Assembly (NCBI GenBank): GCA_963765245.1
Contig: CAVXVP010000006.1
Span: forward strand, 124,093-188,092
DNA: 64,000 nt
Direction: 5' to 3'
From: an uncultured Chloroflexia bacterium
GTDB taxonomy: Bacteria > Chloroflexota > Limnocylindria > Limnocylindrales > CSP1-4
Part shown: one piece after another, positions 25,907 to 37,317 of the stretch
Numbering within the stretch: the first letter of the stretch is position 1
How the letters are laid out: the number at the start of each line of letters is the position of its first letter
Notes under the pieces: model-generated
What the model was told of the DNA's origin: nothing
What the model saw: the letters and a program-made list of their open reading frames with translations, nothing else
The model's database searches: none
Made by a program: the position numbers and the translations under genes

Positions 25907-28900
25907 TTGAGTACTCTGTGCCGGATGACCTGCTCGACGTGCGGCGAGGCAGCCCCAGCCGACGCGCGGTTCTGTCCGCATTGCGGTTCGTCGATGACTC
26001 CGGGATGCACGGGATGCGGGACGCCGCTGTCGACGGGCGCCCGGTTCTGCGCGTCGTGCGGAACGCCCGCTCCGGCCACGGCCGCGGGGCACGACCGGCG
26101 ACCGATACCGGCCGTCCCGCGCACCCCGGCGACCGTCTCGGAACGTCGCCTGGTCACCGTCCTGTTCGCCGATCTCGTCGGGTTCACGACGCTCGCCGAG
26201 AGCCGCGACGCCGAGGCCGTCCGCGAGCTCCTGTCGCGCTACTTCGAGCAGTGCCAGGAGGTCATCGGCCGCTACGGCGGCACGGTCGAGAAGTTCATCG
26301 GCGACGCGGTGATGGCCGTCTGGGGCGCGCCGATCGCGCACGACGACGACGCCGAACGCGCGGTCCGCGCCGCGCTCGACCTGGTCGACGGCGTCCGCGC
26401 GCTCGGTCCCGGGCATCCAGGCACGGGCCGGCGTCCTGACCGGCGAGGCCGCGGTGACGATCGGTGCCACCAACCAGGGTCTCGTCGCGGGCGACATCGT
26501 CAACACCGCGTCGCGCCTCCAGAGCGTGGCCGCGCCGGGCACGGTCCTCGTCGGCGAGCAGACCGAGCAGGCCGCGAATTCGGCCATCGCCTTCGAGCCC
26601 GCCGGCGACCAGGTGCTCAAGGGCAAGGTCGCCCCGGTGCCCGCGTTCCGCGCGATCCGGATCGTCGCCGAGCGCGGCGGCCGCGGCCGGAGCGACCAGA
26701 TCGAGGCGCCCTTCGTCGGTCGCGACGACGAGTTCCGGCTGCTGCGCGATGTCGTCCTCACCACCGCTCGCGACAAGCGGCCGCGCCTCGTGTCGATCAC
26801 CGGCGTGCCCGGCGTCGGCAAGAGCCGGATGGCGTGGGAGCTGACCAAGTACATCGACGGCCTCGTGGACACGATCTACTGGCACGCGGGCCGTTCACCG
26901 TCCTACGGCGAGGGCGTCACGTTCTGGGCGCTCGGCGAGATGGTCCGCGGCCGGATCGGGCTGGTCGAGGGCGACGACGAGGCCGCGACACGGGCCGCGG
27001 TCGCCGCCGGCGTCGCGCAATGGGTCCCCGACGAGACCGAGCGTCGCTGGATCGAGCACGCGCTGCTCGTCCTGCTCGGGCTCGAGGGCAGCGCCGGCGC
27101 CGCCCGCGAGGAGCTGTTCAGCGCCTGGCGCACGTTCTTCGAGCGGATCGCGGCGACCGGGCCCGTCGTCCTCCTGTTCGAGGACCTCCACTGGGCCGAC
27201 GCCGGCCTGCTCGACTTCATCGACCACGTGCTCGACTGGAGCACGGGCGTGCCGCTGACGCATCGTCACGCTCGCCCGGCCGGAGCTGATCGAGCGCCGG
27301 CCGGGCTGGGGGACCGGCCGGCGGACGTTCATCGGCCTCGCCCTCGAGCCGCTCCCCGACGACGCGATGGGCGAGATCCTCGCGGCGCTCGCCCCGGGGC
27401 TGCCAGGCCGCCGGCCGGGCGACGATCATCGCCCGGGCCGACGGCATCCCGCTGTACGCGGTCGAGACGATCCGGATGCTCGCCGCGGCCGGGCCGCTCG
27501 GCAGCCGACGGCGACGCGTCGACCGGTCGATCTCCGACCTGGCCGTCCCGGCGACGCTCCAGGCACTCATCGCCGCCCGTCTCGACGCGCTCGACCCGGG
27601 CGATCGATCGCTCATCTGCGATGCGGCGGTCCTCGGTCAGAGCTTCACGCTGGCCGGCCTCGGAGCGGTCAGCGGCCTCGACACCGACGAGCCTCGACGC
27701 CAGCCTCCGCGCGCTCGTCCGGCGCGAGCTGCTCGTCCACGACGTCGACCCGCGATCGCCCGAGCGCGGCCAGTACGCGTTCGTCCAGTCGCTCGTCCGC
27801 GAGGTCGCGTACGGGACGCTGGCCAAGCGCGATCGGCGCAGCCGGCATCTCGCGGCGGCACGCTTCTTCGAGGGCCTCGGCGAGGACGAGCTGGCCGGCG
27901 CACTCGCCTCGCACTACCTCGCGGCGTATCGCGCCTCGAGCGACGACCCCGAGGGCCAGGCGCTCGCCGCCCAGGCGCGGCTCGCCCTGCGCGGCGCCGC
28001 CGAACGTGCCGCGGCGCTCGGCAGCCACGACCAGGCCGGCGTCTTCTTCCTCGAGGCGCTCGAGGTCTCGAGCGACCCGGCCGACCGGGCGGACCTGCTC
28101 GAGCGGGCCGGGTTGGCGGCCGACGCCGGCGGCCACTCGGAGATCGCCGAGGCGCGGCTCGCGGAGGCGGCGGCCATCTGGCACGACCTCGGCGAGCGAG
28201 AGCGCGAGGCGCGAGCGATCGGCCTCCGCGGTCGAGCCGTCGTCAATGGCTGGCGGGCTCCCGACGCGATCGCCCTGCTCGAACCGGCGCTCGCGGCGTT
28301 CGAGGACCTCGGCGACGACCCCGGCCTCGTCCTGATCGAGCACCAGCTGGCGCGCGCGTACTGGTTCGAGGAGGACCGTGTCCGGGCCGTGCCGCTCGCG
28401 GACCGCGCCCTCGGACGCGCGGAGCGGCTCGACGACCTCGCCAACGTGGCCGACATCCTGGTCACGAAGGGTGCGCTCATCAGCGGTCAACGGACGGCCG
28501 TACGAGGGGTTCGGGTCGATGGAGGCCGGTCGCGCCCTGGCCGAGGAACGCAGGGGCTCAACTCGATCGTGGCCCGGGCTCTCCTGAACATGGCCGGGAC
28601 CCACATGAGCCGCGACCCGCGACGGGCGTTCGAGCTCGGGCTCGAGGCGATCGCCCTCGCTCGACGCATCGGCTTCCGCTCGTTCCTCTGCGACCGCGGC
28701 CGGGAATTCGCTCGAGGTCGCGGCGGACCTCGGTGAGCTCGATTGGGCGATGGCCATCGGGGACGAGCTGCTGGCGCTCGACTTCGCGCCCAGCGATCGG
28801 AACTCGCTCTTGCGCGGCATCAGCCAGGTGCGACTCCTGCGCGGCGAGCCGGTCGATGACCTGTTCGCCGAACACGCCGAGGTGCTCGTCGACGAAGGCC

Positions 28901-29505
28901 GACCTCCAGGAGGTGTCGAACTACGAAGGCGCCGTGGGCGTTCCGGAACTTCCTCGCGTGTGACTTCGCCGGCGCCGCCGCGCTCTGGGAGAAGGCCGCC
29001 CGGACGGTGACGCTCAACGCAGCCGCCGACCTGCCACGTGCGGCGCGGGCGGCGATCTGGGCGGGTGACCTGCCGACCGCGGAACGATTGACCGCCGAGA
29101 TTCGCGAAGGAGTGGGCGCACGGGCAGTGTGCACACGCCCGCCTCACGGGACTCACCGCGGGCCTCGCCGCCACGGCCGGCCGCCGTGACGACGCGATCA
29201 CCGGCTACGCGACGGCGATCGCGACCTTGCGCGAGCTGGGGCTCGAGGTCGACGCGGTGCTGACGATGCTCGACATGGCGCGGACCCTCGGCGCGACGGA
29301 TCCGGCGGTGGTCCCGTGGCTCGAAGAGGCCCGCGCCACGATCGAGCGCCTGCGGATGCCGGGTCTCAACGGCCTGCTCGAGGTCGCCAGCGGGGGAGTG
29401 GCCGGATCGGCGGGATCGGTCGCGCGCAGCGGTCCCGGGAGACACGTTCGCGACCGAGGCGACCGGCTAACCACGGGTCCGCGCCATACCCTACTTGTCG
29501 ACTAG
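25907..29505 (+). CDS. zinc-ribbon / adenylate-guanylate cyclase / AAA-ATPase / TPR multidomain regulator, about 8 frameshifts
   Basis: Double zinc ribbon (CSTCGEAAPADARFCPHCGS...CTGCGTPLSTGARFCASCGTP). Class III cyclase domain (RRLVTVLFADLVGFTTLAESRDAEAVRELLSRYFEQCQEVIGRYGGTVEKFIGDAVMAVWGAP). P-loop ITGVPGVGKSRMAWEL with a ...LLFEDLHWADAGLLDFIDHV NB-ARC-like region, then long TPR-like helical repeats to ...GLNGLLEVA. Stop at 29503-29505. Confidence 0.7.
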
Positions 29506-29517
29506 GGATTGTCTGGT

Positions 29518-30066
29518 ATGCTGCGCCGCATCATGCCGAACGCCGTCCCCACCGACGCCAACGCCCGCCTCCCGAAGGCGCGGATGATCGACCCGCGCGG
29601 CCATCGATTCGGTGCCGGCGTCTCGGCCATCGCGCTGATCCTCGCCTTCCTGACCGGCACGGTCTGGCTCGTCGCCCTCGCCCTGCTGTCGATCGGCGTC
29701 AGCGCCGCGTTCGGCCTCAAGTACTCGATCTATGGCGTGATCTGGCGGCGGATCGCCAAGACCCTGGCACTCCCCAAGGTCGAGCCGGAGCACGAGTACC
29801 CGCCGCGCTTCGCCCAGGTGCTCGGCAGCGTCGCGCTGATCCTCGCGCTGGTCTCGTTCGCGCTCGGGCGCGACGACCCTCGGCTGGGGCCTGACCCTCG
29901 CGGTCGCCGGACTGCAGACGCTGCTGGCCACGACCGGCTACTGCCTCGGCTGCCGGCTCTACTTCCTGCGCTGGTGGGTGCCGGATCTCGTGACCCGGAT
30001 CTGGACCCGCGGACGCTCCGGCGGCCCGAACCGCGCCCTCGCGCCGGAGCCGATCCGCTACAACTG
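29518..30066 (+). CDS. DUF4395-like membrane protein (one frameshift)
   Basis: MLRRIMPNAVPTDANARLPKARMIDPRGHRFGAGVSAIALILAFLTGTVWLVALALLSIGVSAAFGLKYSIYGVIWRRI... C-terminus ...TGYCLGCRLYFLRWWVP in a second frame. Confidence 0.45.
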
Positions 30067-30131
30067 ACCCCAGGCGAAGCGCCCGGTCCTCGGGGGAGGC
30101 CGGGCGCCAAGCCTCTCCGGCGCCCGAGTCC

Positions 30132-30622
30132 CTAGTCGACGAGTCGACGATGTCGGCGCGCTGATACGGCCCGGTCACGATGACCTCGGCCTCCTCGGTC
30201 GGCTCGCCCGGACGCGTCACGCGGTAGCGCGTGGTGGATCTCGGTGGGCACCGGCGGAGAGCATCGCGCTGACCGGGCAGTACTTCGTCGCCGACAGCTC
30301 GATGCAGCGCGCGATCGCGGCTGTCGAGACGTCCCGGACCCTCGACCTCGTGGACGATGTCGATGCGGGTGTAGACCTTGGGGTACTCCTCGCGCTGCTC
30401 GCCGCGGACGTGGATCCGGTAGGTGACGATCGGCTGGCGCTTCTTGAGCGCGACGCTGATGACATCCATCGCACTGCATGCCGCGAGCGAGGTGAGCACG
30501 GTTTCGACCGGCCCGAGGCCGTCGTCGGCGATGTCGTCGTAGGCGAACGTGCGACCGCTCCCGGTCTCGACATCGAAATGGAGCCCGTCCGTCAGTCGAA
30601 GCTCGGCGGTCTTGATGGACAT
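30132..30622 (-). CDS. OsmC/Ohr family peroxiredoxin-like protein (C-terminal frameshift)
   Basis: MSIKTAELRLTDGLHFDVETGSGRTFAYDDIADDGLGPVETVLTSLAACSAMDVISVALKKRQPIVTYRIHVRGEQ... and ...KYCPVSAML in an alternative frame. Confidence 0.65.
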
Positions 30623-30625
30623 CGG

Positions 30626-32761
30626 TCAGGCGGCGTCCGGCGCGATCGGCCGGGCCTGCGGCGTCACGTCGCGCGGCCCGTCCTCGGCGAACTGCTCGTT
30701 GTAGAGCCGCGCGTAGACCCCTCCCTGGGCGATCAATTCGGCATGCGTGCCACGCTCGACGATCCGGCCACGCTCGTAGACGAGGATCCGGTCGGCGCGC
30801 AGGATCGTGGACAGTCGGTGGGCGATGGCGATCGTCGTGCGGCCCTCCATCAGGCGCTCGAAGGCGGCCTGGATGAGCCGCTCCGAGACGGTGTCGAGCG
30901 CCGACGTCGCCTCGTCGAGGATCAGGATCCGCGGGTCCTTGAGCAGGACCCGGGCGATCGCGAGGCGCTGCTTCTCCCCGCCGGACAGCTTGTAGCCGCG
31001 CTCGCCGACGGTCGTGTCATATCCGTCGGGGAGTTCCATGATCCGTTCGTGGATCGCGGCGGCCCGGGCGGCGACCTCGAGCTCGTCGTCGGTGGCGTCG
31101 GGTCGCGCGTAGCGGAGGTTGTCGCGGACCGAGGCGTGGAAGAGGTACGTCTCCTGGGTCACGGTCCCGATCACCTCCCCGAGGGAAGCGAGCTTGATCC
31201 TGCGGACATCGATGTCATCGATCTCGACCGCGCCGGAGTCGACGTCGTAGAGGCGCGAGACGAGGTAGGTGGTCGTTGTCTTGCCGGAGCCCGAGGCACC
31301 GACCAGGGCAACCAACTCCCCGGGTTCCGCCACGAAATCGATGTCCTCGAGCCCGAACGACGGGACGATCTCGATCTGCGGGATGTCGAGATCGGCCAGG
31401 GCCTCGCCGTCTCGCCTCGGCTCCATCGCCGGCCGCCGCTCGCGACGACCGAGATCGGTGCCCCCGCCTCGACCGCCTCGGCGAGCTGCTCCGCATCGGC
31501 CGTCTCCCCGTCACGATCGTTGACCGCGGTGTGGGCCAGGTGCGATGGCACGGCCGCCGTCGGGTAGTGGAACGAGACGTCCTTGAAGCGGACCTTGCCA
31601 CGCATCGTGGCGCCGTCCATCGCGACCGCATCGGGCGCATCGACGATCTCGGGGTCCATCTCGAGGTACTCGAAGATCCGATCGAACAGCGCCAGCGAGC
31701 CCTGGATCTCGACCTGGATCCCGAGCAGCTGACCGAGCGGGAAGAACAGTCGACTCTGGAGCGTGGTGAAGGCCACGATCGTGCCCGCCGTCGGCGCGTC
31801 CGGGCTGCCGTTGGCGGCCAGCGTCCCGGCCAGCCAGTACACGAACGCCGGCATGATGCTGAAGATCGTGCCGATGATCATGAAGAACCAGCGCCCGACC
31901 ATCGCCTGGCGGATCTGGAGCTTGGCAAGGCGCGCGTTGATGCTTCGGAACTTGTCGATCGACGTCTGCTGCTGACCGAACGTCTTCGACAGCAGGATGC
32001 CCGACACGCTCAGGGTCTCCTCGGTCGTCGCGGTCAACTCGGCGAGCGACTTCTGCGTCTCGGTCGAGACCTCGCGGCGGACCTTGCCGACGCGATAGGT
32101 CAGGTACAGGAAGATCGGCGTCAGGCCCAGGGACAGGAGCGCCAGCCGCCAGTCGAGGATGAACATCGCGACCATCGTCGAGATCGCGATGGCGAGGTTG
32201 CTGGTGATCGAGCTCGCGGTGTCGGTGACGACCGCCTGGACGCCGCCGACGTCGTTGGCGAGCCGGCTCTGGATCTCGCCCGTGCGCGTCTCCGTGAAGA
32301 AGCGGAGCGGCATCCCCTGGAGGTGGGCGTACAGCGCGCCACGCAGGTCCTGCATGACGTTCTGGCCGATGACGTTGTTGAGGTAGCGACTGGCCGACGC
32401 CGATCAGGCCCGTGATGATCGGCAGGGCGATCATCAGGCCGACGTACAGGTTCAGCTTCGAGTAGTCCTGGCCGATGATCACCTGGTCGAGCAGGAGGCC
32501 AAGGAGGAGCGGGTTGACCAGGCCGATCAGGCTCGTCGTCAGGATCGCGATGAGGACGACCGCGACCTGCAGCTTGTACGGCGTGAAGAAGGCCGCGATC
32601 CGGCGAAGCGTGCGGGCGCGACGTTCCTTCGGGATCGGTTCGTAGTCCCGCGACCCTCCGCCTCCGAACATCGCGCCTCCCCTGCCTCCGCCGCCAAACC
32701 GCCCGCCACCGCTGGCGGCGCCACCCGTCGCCGTCCTCGTCTGCCCTCGTGGGAATGCCAT
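30626..32761 (-). CDS. fused ABC exporter (TMD plus NBD, MsbA/MdlB-like), 2 frameshifts
   Basis: Six-TM domain ([30 protein letters not shown]...), NBD with Walker [12 protein letters not shown] and signature [33 protein letters not shown]-terminus ...[11 protein letters not shown]. Confidence 0.8.
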
Positions 32762-32831
32762 CAGCCGACGCTACCACGGAAGGGGAGAATCGGCCCCGCC
32801 GCCGTCGCGGCGCCCATCGAACCCCCAACGC

Positions 32832-33473
32832 GGTTGATGCTTGATTTCGGCCGTCCGCGAGCCACCTCGATTGCTGATGCCAATGGACGGCATATGTCGG
32901 CCTGGGTCGATGCGCTCGGGTGATCGCCCGATATCCAGCACGATAAGTCGATCGATCGCTAGCGTCGCCGCGTGACGTTGGTTCGAGTGGGCAACGTGAC
33001 CCGCAGCGAGCAGCACGGCTTCGATCTGATCGGGGCCGAGCTCAAACGACGCCGCCGGGCGCTGCGGCTGGACGCAGCGCATGCTCGAGGCGCATTCCGG
33101 GTATCGACCAGACGGTGATCTCCAGGCTCGAGAACGGCAAGCAGTACGGCCTTCGCTGGTCGCGGTTCGCCGGCTGGTCGACGCGCTCGGCGGCTTCGGT
33201 CCACTGCCCACCGCGAGCCATGGCCGGGCCAGGTCGCCTCCGCCGGACGCACAACCCGTGGCGATCGTCGACCGGGAGGTCGATCTGGACCTGGACGACT
33301 GGGACGAGGCCGTTTGAGCCAGCCGATGCCGAGATCTGCCGACAACTTCTCGACGGGATATGCCGTCCACGGGCATCAACGGAGCAGCTCCCGTTCGGGT
33401 AGGGCTCCGATATGCCGTCCATTGGCATCAACTTCGGAAGCGTCCGCGGACGGCTGAAATCAAGCATCAAACT
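32832..33473. mobile_element. 642 bp composite copy of the nested-IR element enclosing an XRE-family gene remnant
   Basis: Left module 32832-32898 (GGTTGATGCTTGATTTCGGCC ... TGCTGATGCCAATGGACGGCATATG). Right module 33355-33473 (GATATGCCGTCCACGGGCATCAAC, GATATGCCGTCCATTGGCATCAAC ... GAAATCAAGCATCAAAC). The left inner repeat is the exact reverse complement of the right inner repeat. Confidence 0.55.
32972..33317 (+). pseudogene. XRE-family HTH transcriptional regulator, 2 frameshifts
   Basis: Frame 1 ...[20 protein letters not shown]. Frame 2 [19 protein letters not shown] is the classic HTH_3 recognition helix. Frame 3 [20 protein letters not shown]...[15 protein letters not shown]. Confidence 0.5.
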
Positions 33474-33557
33474 GGGCCGGGGCTGTGCGTGCGAGCGGCC
33501 CGGCCTGGCGTGCGACCGGCCGGCGGCGACGGGCCGACCGCGCCGGGCGGCCGGACT

Positions 33558-34648
33558 ACCAGGCAGCGGCTGACGCGGCCTCGGTGATGCCTTCGGATTC
33601 GAGCCAGCGTTCGGCGTCGATGGCGGCCTTGCAGCCGTCGGCTGCGGCGGTGACGGCCTGGCGGTATCGATGGTCGTGGACGTCGCCGGCGATGAAGACG
33701 CCGTCGATCTTGGAGCCGGTCTCGTCGTGGACGACCAGGTAGCCCTTCTCGTCGACGTCGAGCCAGTCGCGGAAGGCCTCGGTGTTCGGCCGATAGCCGA
33801 TGGCGATGAAGACGCCGTCGACCGGCAGGTGCCGCTCCTCGCCGGTCGCGCGTGTCGGTCAGCCGCAGCCCATCGACCTTGTTGTCGCCGGTGACCTCGT
33901 CGACGGCGGTGTTGGGGTGGATCTCGATCTTCTCGTGCTCGTTGGCGCGGTCGACCATGATCTTCGACGCCCGGAACGTGTCGCGGCGGTGGAGCAGGTG
34001 GACCTTGGTCGCGAACCGGGTGAGGTAGGTCGCCTCCTCGAACGCGGTGTCGCCGCCACCGATGACGGCGATCTCGCGGTCCTTGAAGAAGAAGCCGTCG
34101 CACGTCGCGCAGGCCGACACGCCGCGGCCGCGCAGTCGGGTCTCGCTCTCGAGACCGAGCCAGAGCGCCGACGCGCCGGTGGCGATGATCACGGCCTGGG
34201 CTCGGTACTCGGTGCCGCGCGCCCAGATGCGGAACGGGCCGCGCGGAGAAGTCCACGCGATCGATGTCGACGTCGAAGATCTTCGATCCGAACCGCTCGG
34301 CCTGGGCGCGCATGGCGGCCATCAGGTCGGGGCCCTGGATGCCGTCCTCGAAGCCCGGGTAGTTCTCGACGTCGCTGGTCAGCATCAGCTGGCCGCCCGG
34401 GCGCCGAACCGGCGAGGACCACCGGTTCGAGGTTCGCGCGCGCGGCATAGATCGCGGCGGTCAGCCCGGCCGGGCCGGAGCCGACGATGACGACCTTGGC
34501 CTCGACTGTGCCGCCGCCCCGCGACGACCGATGTCGGCCCGCCGGTCGCGGTCGACGCGGCGTCCGCGCCGTCGTCGATCAGGGTATGCAGAAGCCCCCG
34601 AAGGGGTTCGATGCGGGTGGCGGTCTGTGCCGTTGGTCTCGTCGCTCA
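33558..34648 (-). CDS. trxB: thioredoxin-disulfide reductase (TrxB), about 2 frameshifts
   Basis: [35 protein letters not shown], redox-active [48 protein letters not shown], and C-terminus [38 protein letters not shown]. Confidence 0.8.
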
Positions 34649-34732
34649 TGTGATCGTCATCGTAGCATGAGGTCGATACCCCTGGGGGGTATACGGCGGA
34701 GCGGGCTGGCGGCTGGCGGGGGAGGGCGAGGC

Positions 34733-35637
34733 TCACGGAAGGTCGTGGAGCTGCGGGATGACCTCGCGCCCGACGAGTTCGAGGGCGGCGAGATCGGGCA
34801 GCTGGCGCATGCTGACGATGACGTGCTGGGCGCCGGCGTCGGAGAAGCTCGCCGAAGCGCTCGACGACCCGGCTCGGCGTCTCGGTGCCGCCGGAGCCGT
34901 CGGTCGAGATCGTGACGTTCTGGAGGGTCGATCGCTCGATCTCGTCGGGGTCGCGGCCGACCGCCGCGCAGTGCTCGGCGAGGATCGCGTACTTGCGGGC
35001 GATGCCCTCGGGCGAGCCGAAGACGTTGGTCGCGTCGGCGTACTGGGCCACGAGGCGCAGGGTCTTCTTCTCGCCTCCGCCACCGATCATGATCGGGACC
35101 CTGGGGCGTGACAGTGACTGCGGGGAGTTGAGCAGCCGCTCGGCCTGGAACAGCCGCCCGTGGATACTCCCCCTCGCTGCCGCGCTCGCCCTCCCACATC
35201 CCGTGCGCGATCTGGAGCGTCTCCTCGAGCATCTCGAATCGCTCGCCGAGTGGCGGGAACGGGAACCCGAGGCGCACGTGACTCGTCCTCGTTCCAGGCG
35301 GCACCGATGCCGAGCCAGGCGCGGCCGCCCGACAGGACGTCGAGCGTGGTGGCGGCCTTGACCCACAGGCCCGGGTTGCGGTAGTGGACGCCACCGACCA
35401 TCAGGCCGAGGCGGGCGCGTTTGGTGAGCGCGGCCATGAACCCGAGCGTCGTCCAGCCCTCGAGCATCGGGTCCTCGACCGGTCCGACGCCGCGGATCTG
35501 GAAGAAATGGTCCATCACCCAGATCGAATCGAAGCCGACGTCATCGGCCGTGCGGACGATCTCGGCGAGGGTCGGGCCGATGGCGGCCGTGCCGCCGGGC
35601 CAGGTGAACGAGCTGATCTGGAGGCCGAGCTTCATTT
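34733..35637 (-). CDS. LLM-class (luciferase-like) F420-dependent oxidoreductase, about 2 frameshifts
   Basis: MKLGLQISSFTWPGGTAAIGPTLAEIVRTADDVGFDSIWVMDHFFQIRGVGPVEDPMLEGWTTLGFMAA..., ETLQIAHGMWEGE, and C-terminus HVIVSMRQLPDLAALELVGREVIPQL. Confidence 0.65.
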
Positions 35638-35741
35638 CGTTGCGGAGCGTACCAGTTCGCCGTTCCGTGGCCCGTTCAAGCCCGAAAGTACTGCCCGTTT
35701 GGTGCGCCCTCGCAACAGAACCGCGATTGCAATGCAAATTG

Positions 35742-35775
35742 ACAGGTCCGTGTGTACGAAATACGACTAGTTATG
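35742..35775 (+). promoter_or_regulatory. candidate sigma70-like promoter for the surface-protein gene
   Basis: TTGACAggtccgtgtgtacgaaaTACGACT has a -35 TTGACA and a 17 bp spacer to a TACGAC -10-like box. It sits in an AT-richer intergenic stretch about 130 bp upstream of the ATG at 35906. Confidence 0.3.
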
Positions 35776-35905
35776 GGCAGAGTGCCCTAGTACCTTTGGG
35801 AATCCAGGCTGGGTACTATCGCTCGCCTAGGGGACGACCCGGAACGCCGGGGGCACCAGGAGGCTTCGAGTTATCGCAGCTCCACATCGGGGAACGGAGG
35901 ATCAC

Positions 35906-37197
35906 ATGCCCAGTCGGGGTACATTCCAATTCGGTAATCCATCTGTCCGCAGGGGCGGACGGCTCCGCGTCGCCGGATGGTTGGCGGCGGGGTCGATGGT
36001 CCTGGTCGGGATATTGGCCCCGGGCGGCGCCCTGGCTGCGGGCCCCGGCAACAATGGCCTGGATCCCACAGGCAACGGCACCAAGTCGAATGCCACCGTG
36101 AGCGGCAGCTTGGCTGATGCCGGCGGCAGCGCGACGATGAATGCCGACGGAGTCATGACCTGCGACGGCACCGCGGTCGGCTCGATCAGCGGCACGCTGA
36201 CCCTCAACAAGACGCTCGACGTCGGCTCCAAGATCACGATCTACCTGGTCCCGAACAACGGGTCTAATGCTTCCCCGGCGGGGAACGTCCCGAAGAACGA
36301 GTCGACGATCACCCTCACCGGCTCGAACAACACCAGCGGAACCGTCATCCACTACACGGTCAACGCCACGTCGCCGTTCACCACGTCTTCCGGCGGGGTC
36401 CTTGTCGTCTTCGCCGTCAACGACGATGGCACGACTGCGATCTCCTCGAGCAAGTCGAATTCGCTGAACTGCACCGAGGCGGTCCCGACGCCGACTACGC
36501 CGCCGACTACCCCGCCGACTACGCCGTCCGTCGACGCCTCCGTCGACCCCGCCGTCGACCCCGCCGTCGACGCCTCCGTCCACCCCGCCCAGCACACCGC
36601 CGTCGACGCCTCCGTCGACGCCTCCGTCGCACCCCGCCGTCGACGCCTCCGTCCACCCCGCCGTCGACGCCTCCGTCCACCCCGCCCTCGAGCCCGCCGG
36701 AGATTGGCCTGTTCAGCGTCGCGACCTGCCCGGGTGGTGTCGAGGTCCCGGCCGGCCAGTCAGCCGTGAGCTTCCGCGGCTCGGTGCTGCTCATCCTGCT
36801 GCTGCACGTCCGCGTCGATGGCGCGCTCGTGACGTTGCACGACGCGCTCGGCAACGGCTCGGTCGGTGACCTCATCGTCACTCCAGGCCTCCACACCTAC
36901 TCGATCAGCAACGCGGCCGACACCGCGGTCCTCGCCGAGGGCACTGTCGACGCCCCGGAATGCAGCGAGGCGGCGGCGGCCACAGCAACTCCCACCGCCA
37001 CACCTCTCGAAGGTGGAGTCGAGGCTGAGACGAACGTCCCGACCGCTCCGCGGACCGACGTCCTCGAGGCGAGCGGGACTGCCTCCCCCGGCACGAACCT
37101 CGGCTTCGTGCTCCTGATCATCGGTGTCCTGGCATTCGCGGTCCTCTTCGTGACCCCGATGCCGGCCTCGACCAAGAACAGGATCCGACGCCGCTAA
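35906..37197 (+). CDS. secreted, membrane-anchored surface protein with S/T-P-rich linker (2 frameshifts inside the repeat tract)
   Basis: N-terminal signal/TM segment (LAAGSMVLVGILAPGGALAA), an N-glycosylation-like NxS/T-rich domain, a (T/S)TPP repeat linker 36490-36710, and a C-terminal TM anchor LGFVLLIIGVLAFAVLFV followed by a basic tail. Confidence 0.55.
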
Positions 37198-37223
37198 CCC
37201 TGGCAATCCCCTGAGGGGACAGG

Positions 37224-37265
37224 GCCGGGGCCTCCACCGAAAGGTGAGGCCCCGGTCCTTTGTTA
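37224..37265 (+). terminator. Rho-independent terminator after the surface-protein gene
   Basis: GCCGGGGCCTC-caccgaaaggtg-GAGGCCCCGGTC stem with a nested GNRA-type tetraloop, followed by CTTTGTT. Confidence 0.5.
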
Positions 37266-37317
37266 TGCCGCGCGGCGCTGCTAGGATGCCGGTCAGCCGT
37301 ACGGGGAGAGGCGATAC

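Noticed and set aside
32972-33010. GGTTCGAGTGGGCAAC resembling a tRNA T-arm
   Set aside because: No acceptor stem, D-arm or anticodon arm can be drawn. It lies in the N-terminal coding part of the XRE pseudogene.
36519-36720. Direct repeats CCGTCGACGCCTCCGTC... flagged as a possible repeat element or CRISPR
   Set aside because: They encode the S/T-P-rich linker of the surface protein. It is a coding low-complexity tract.
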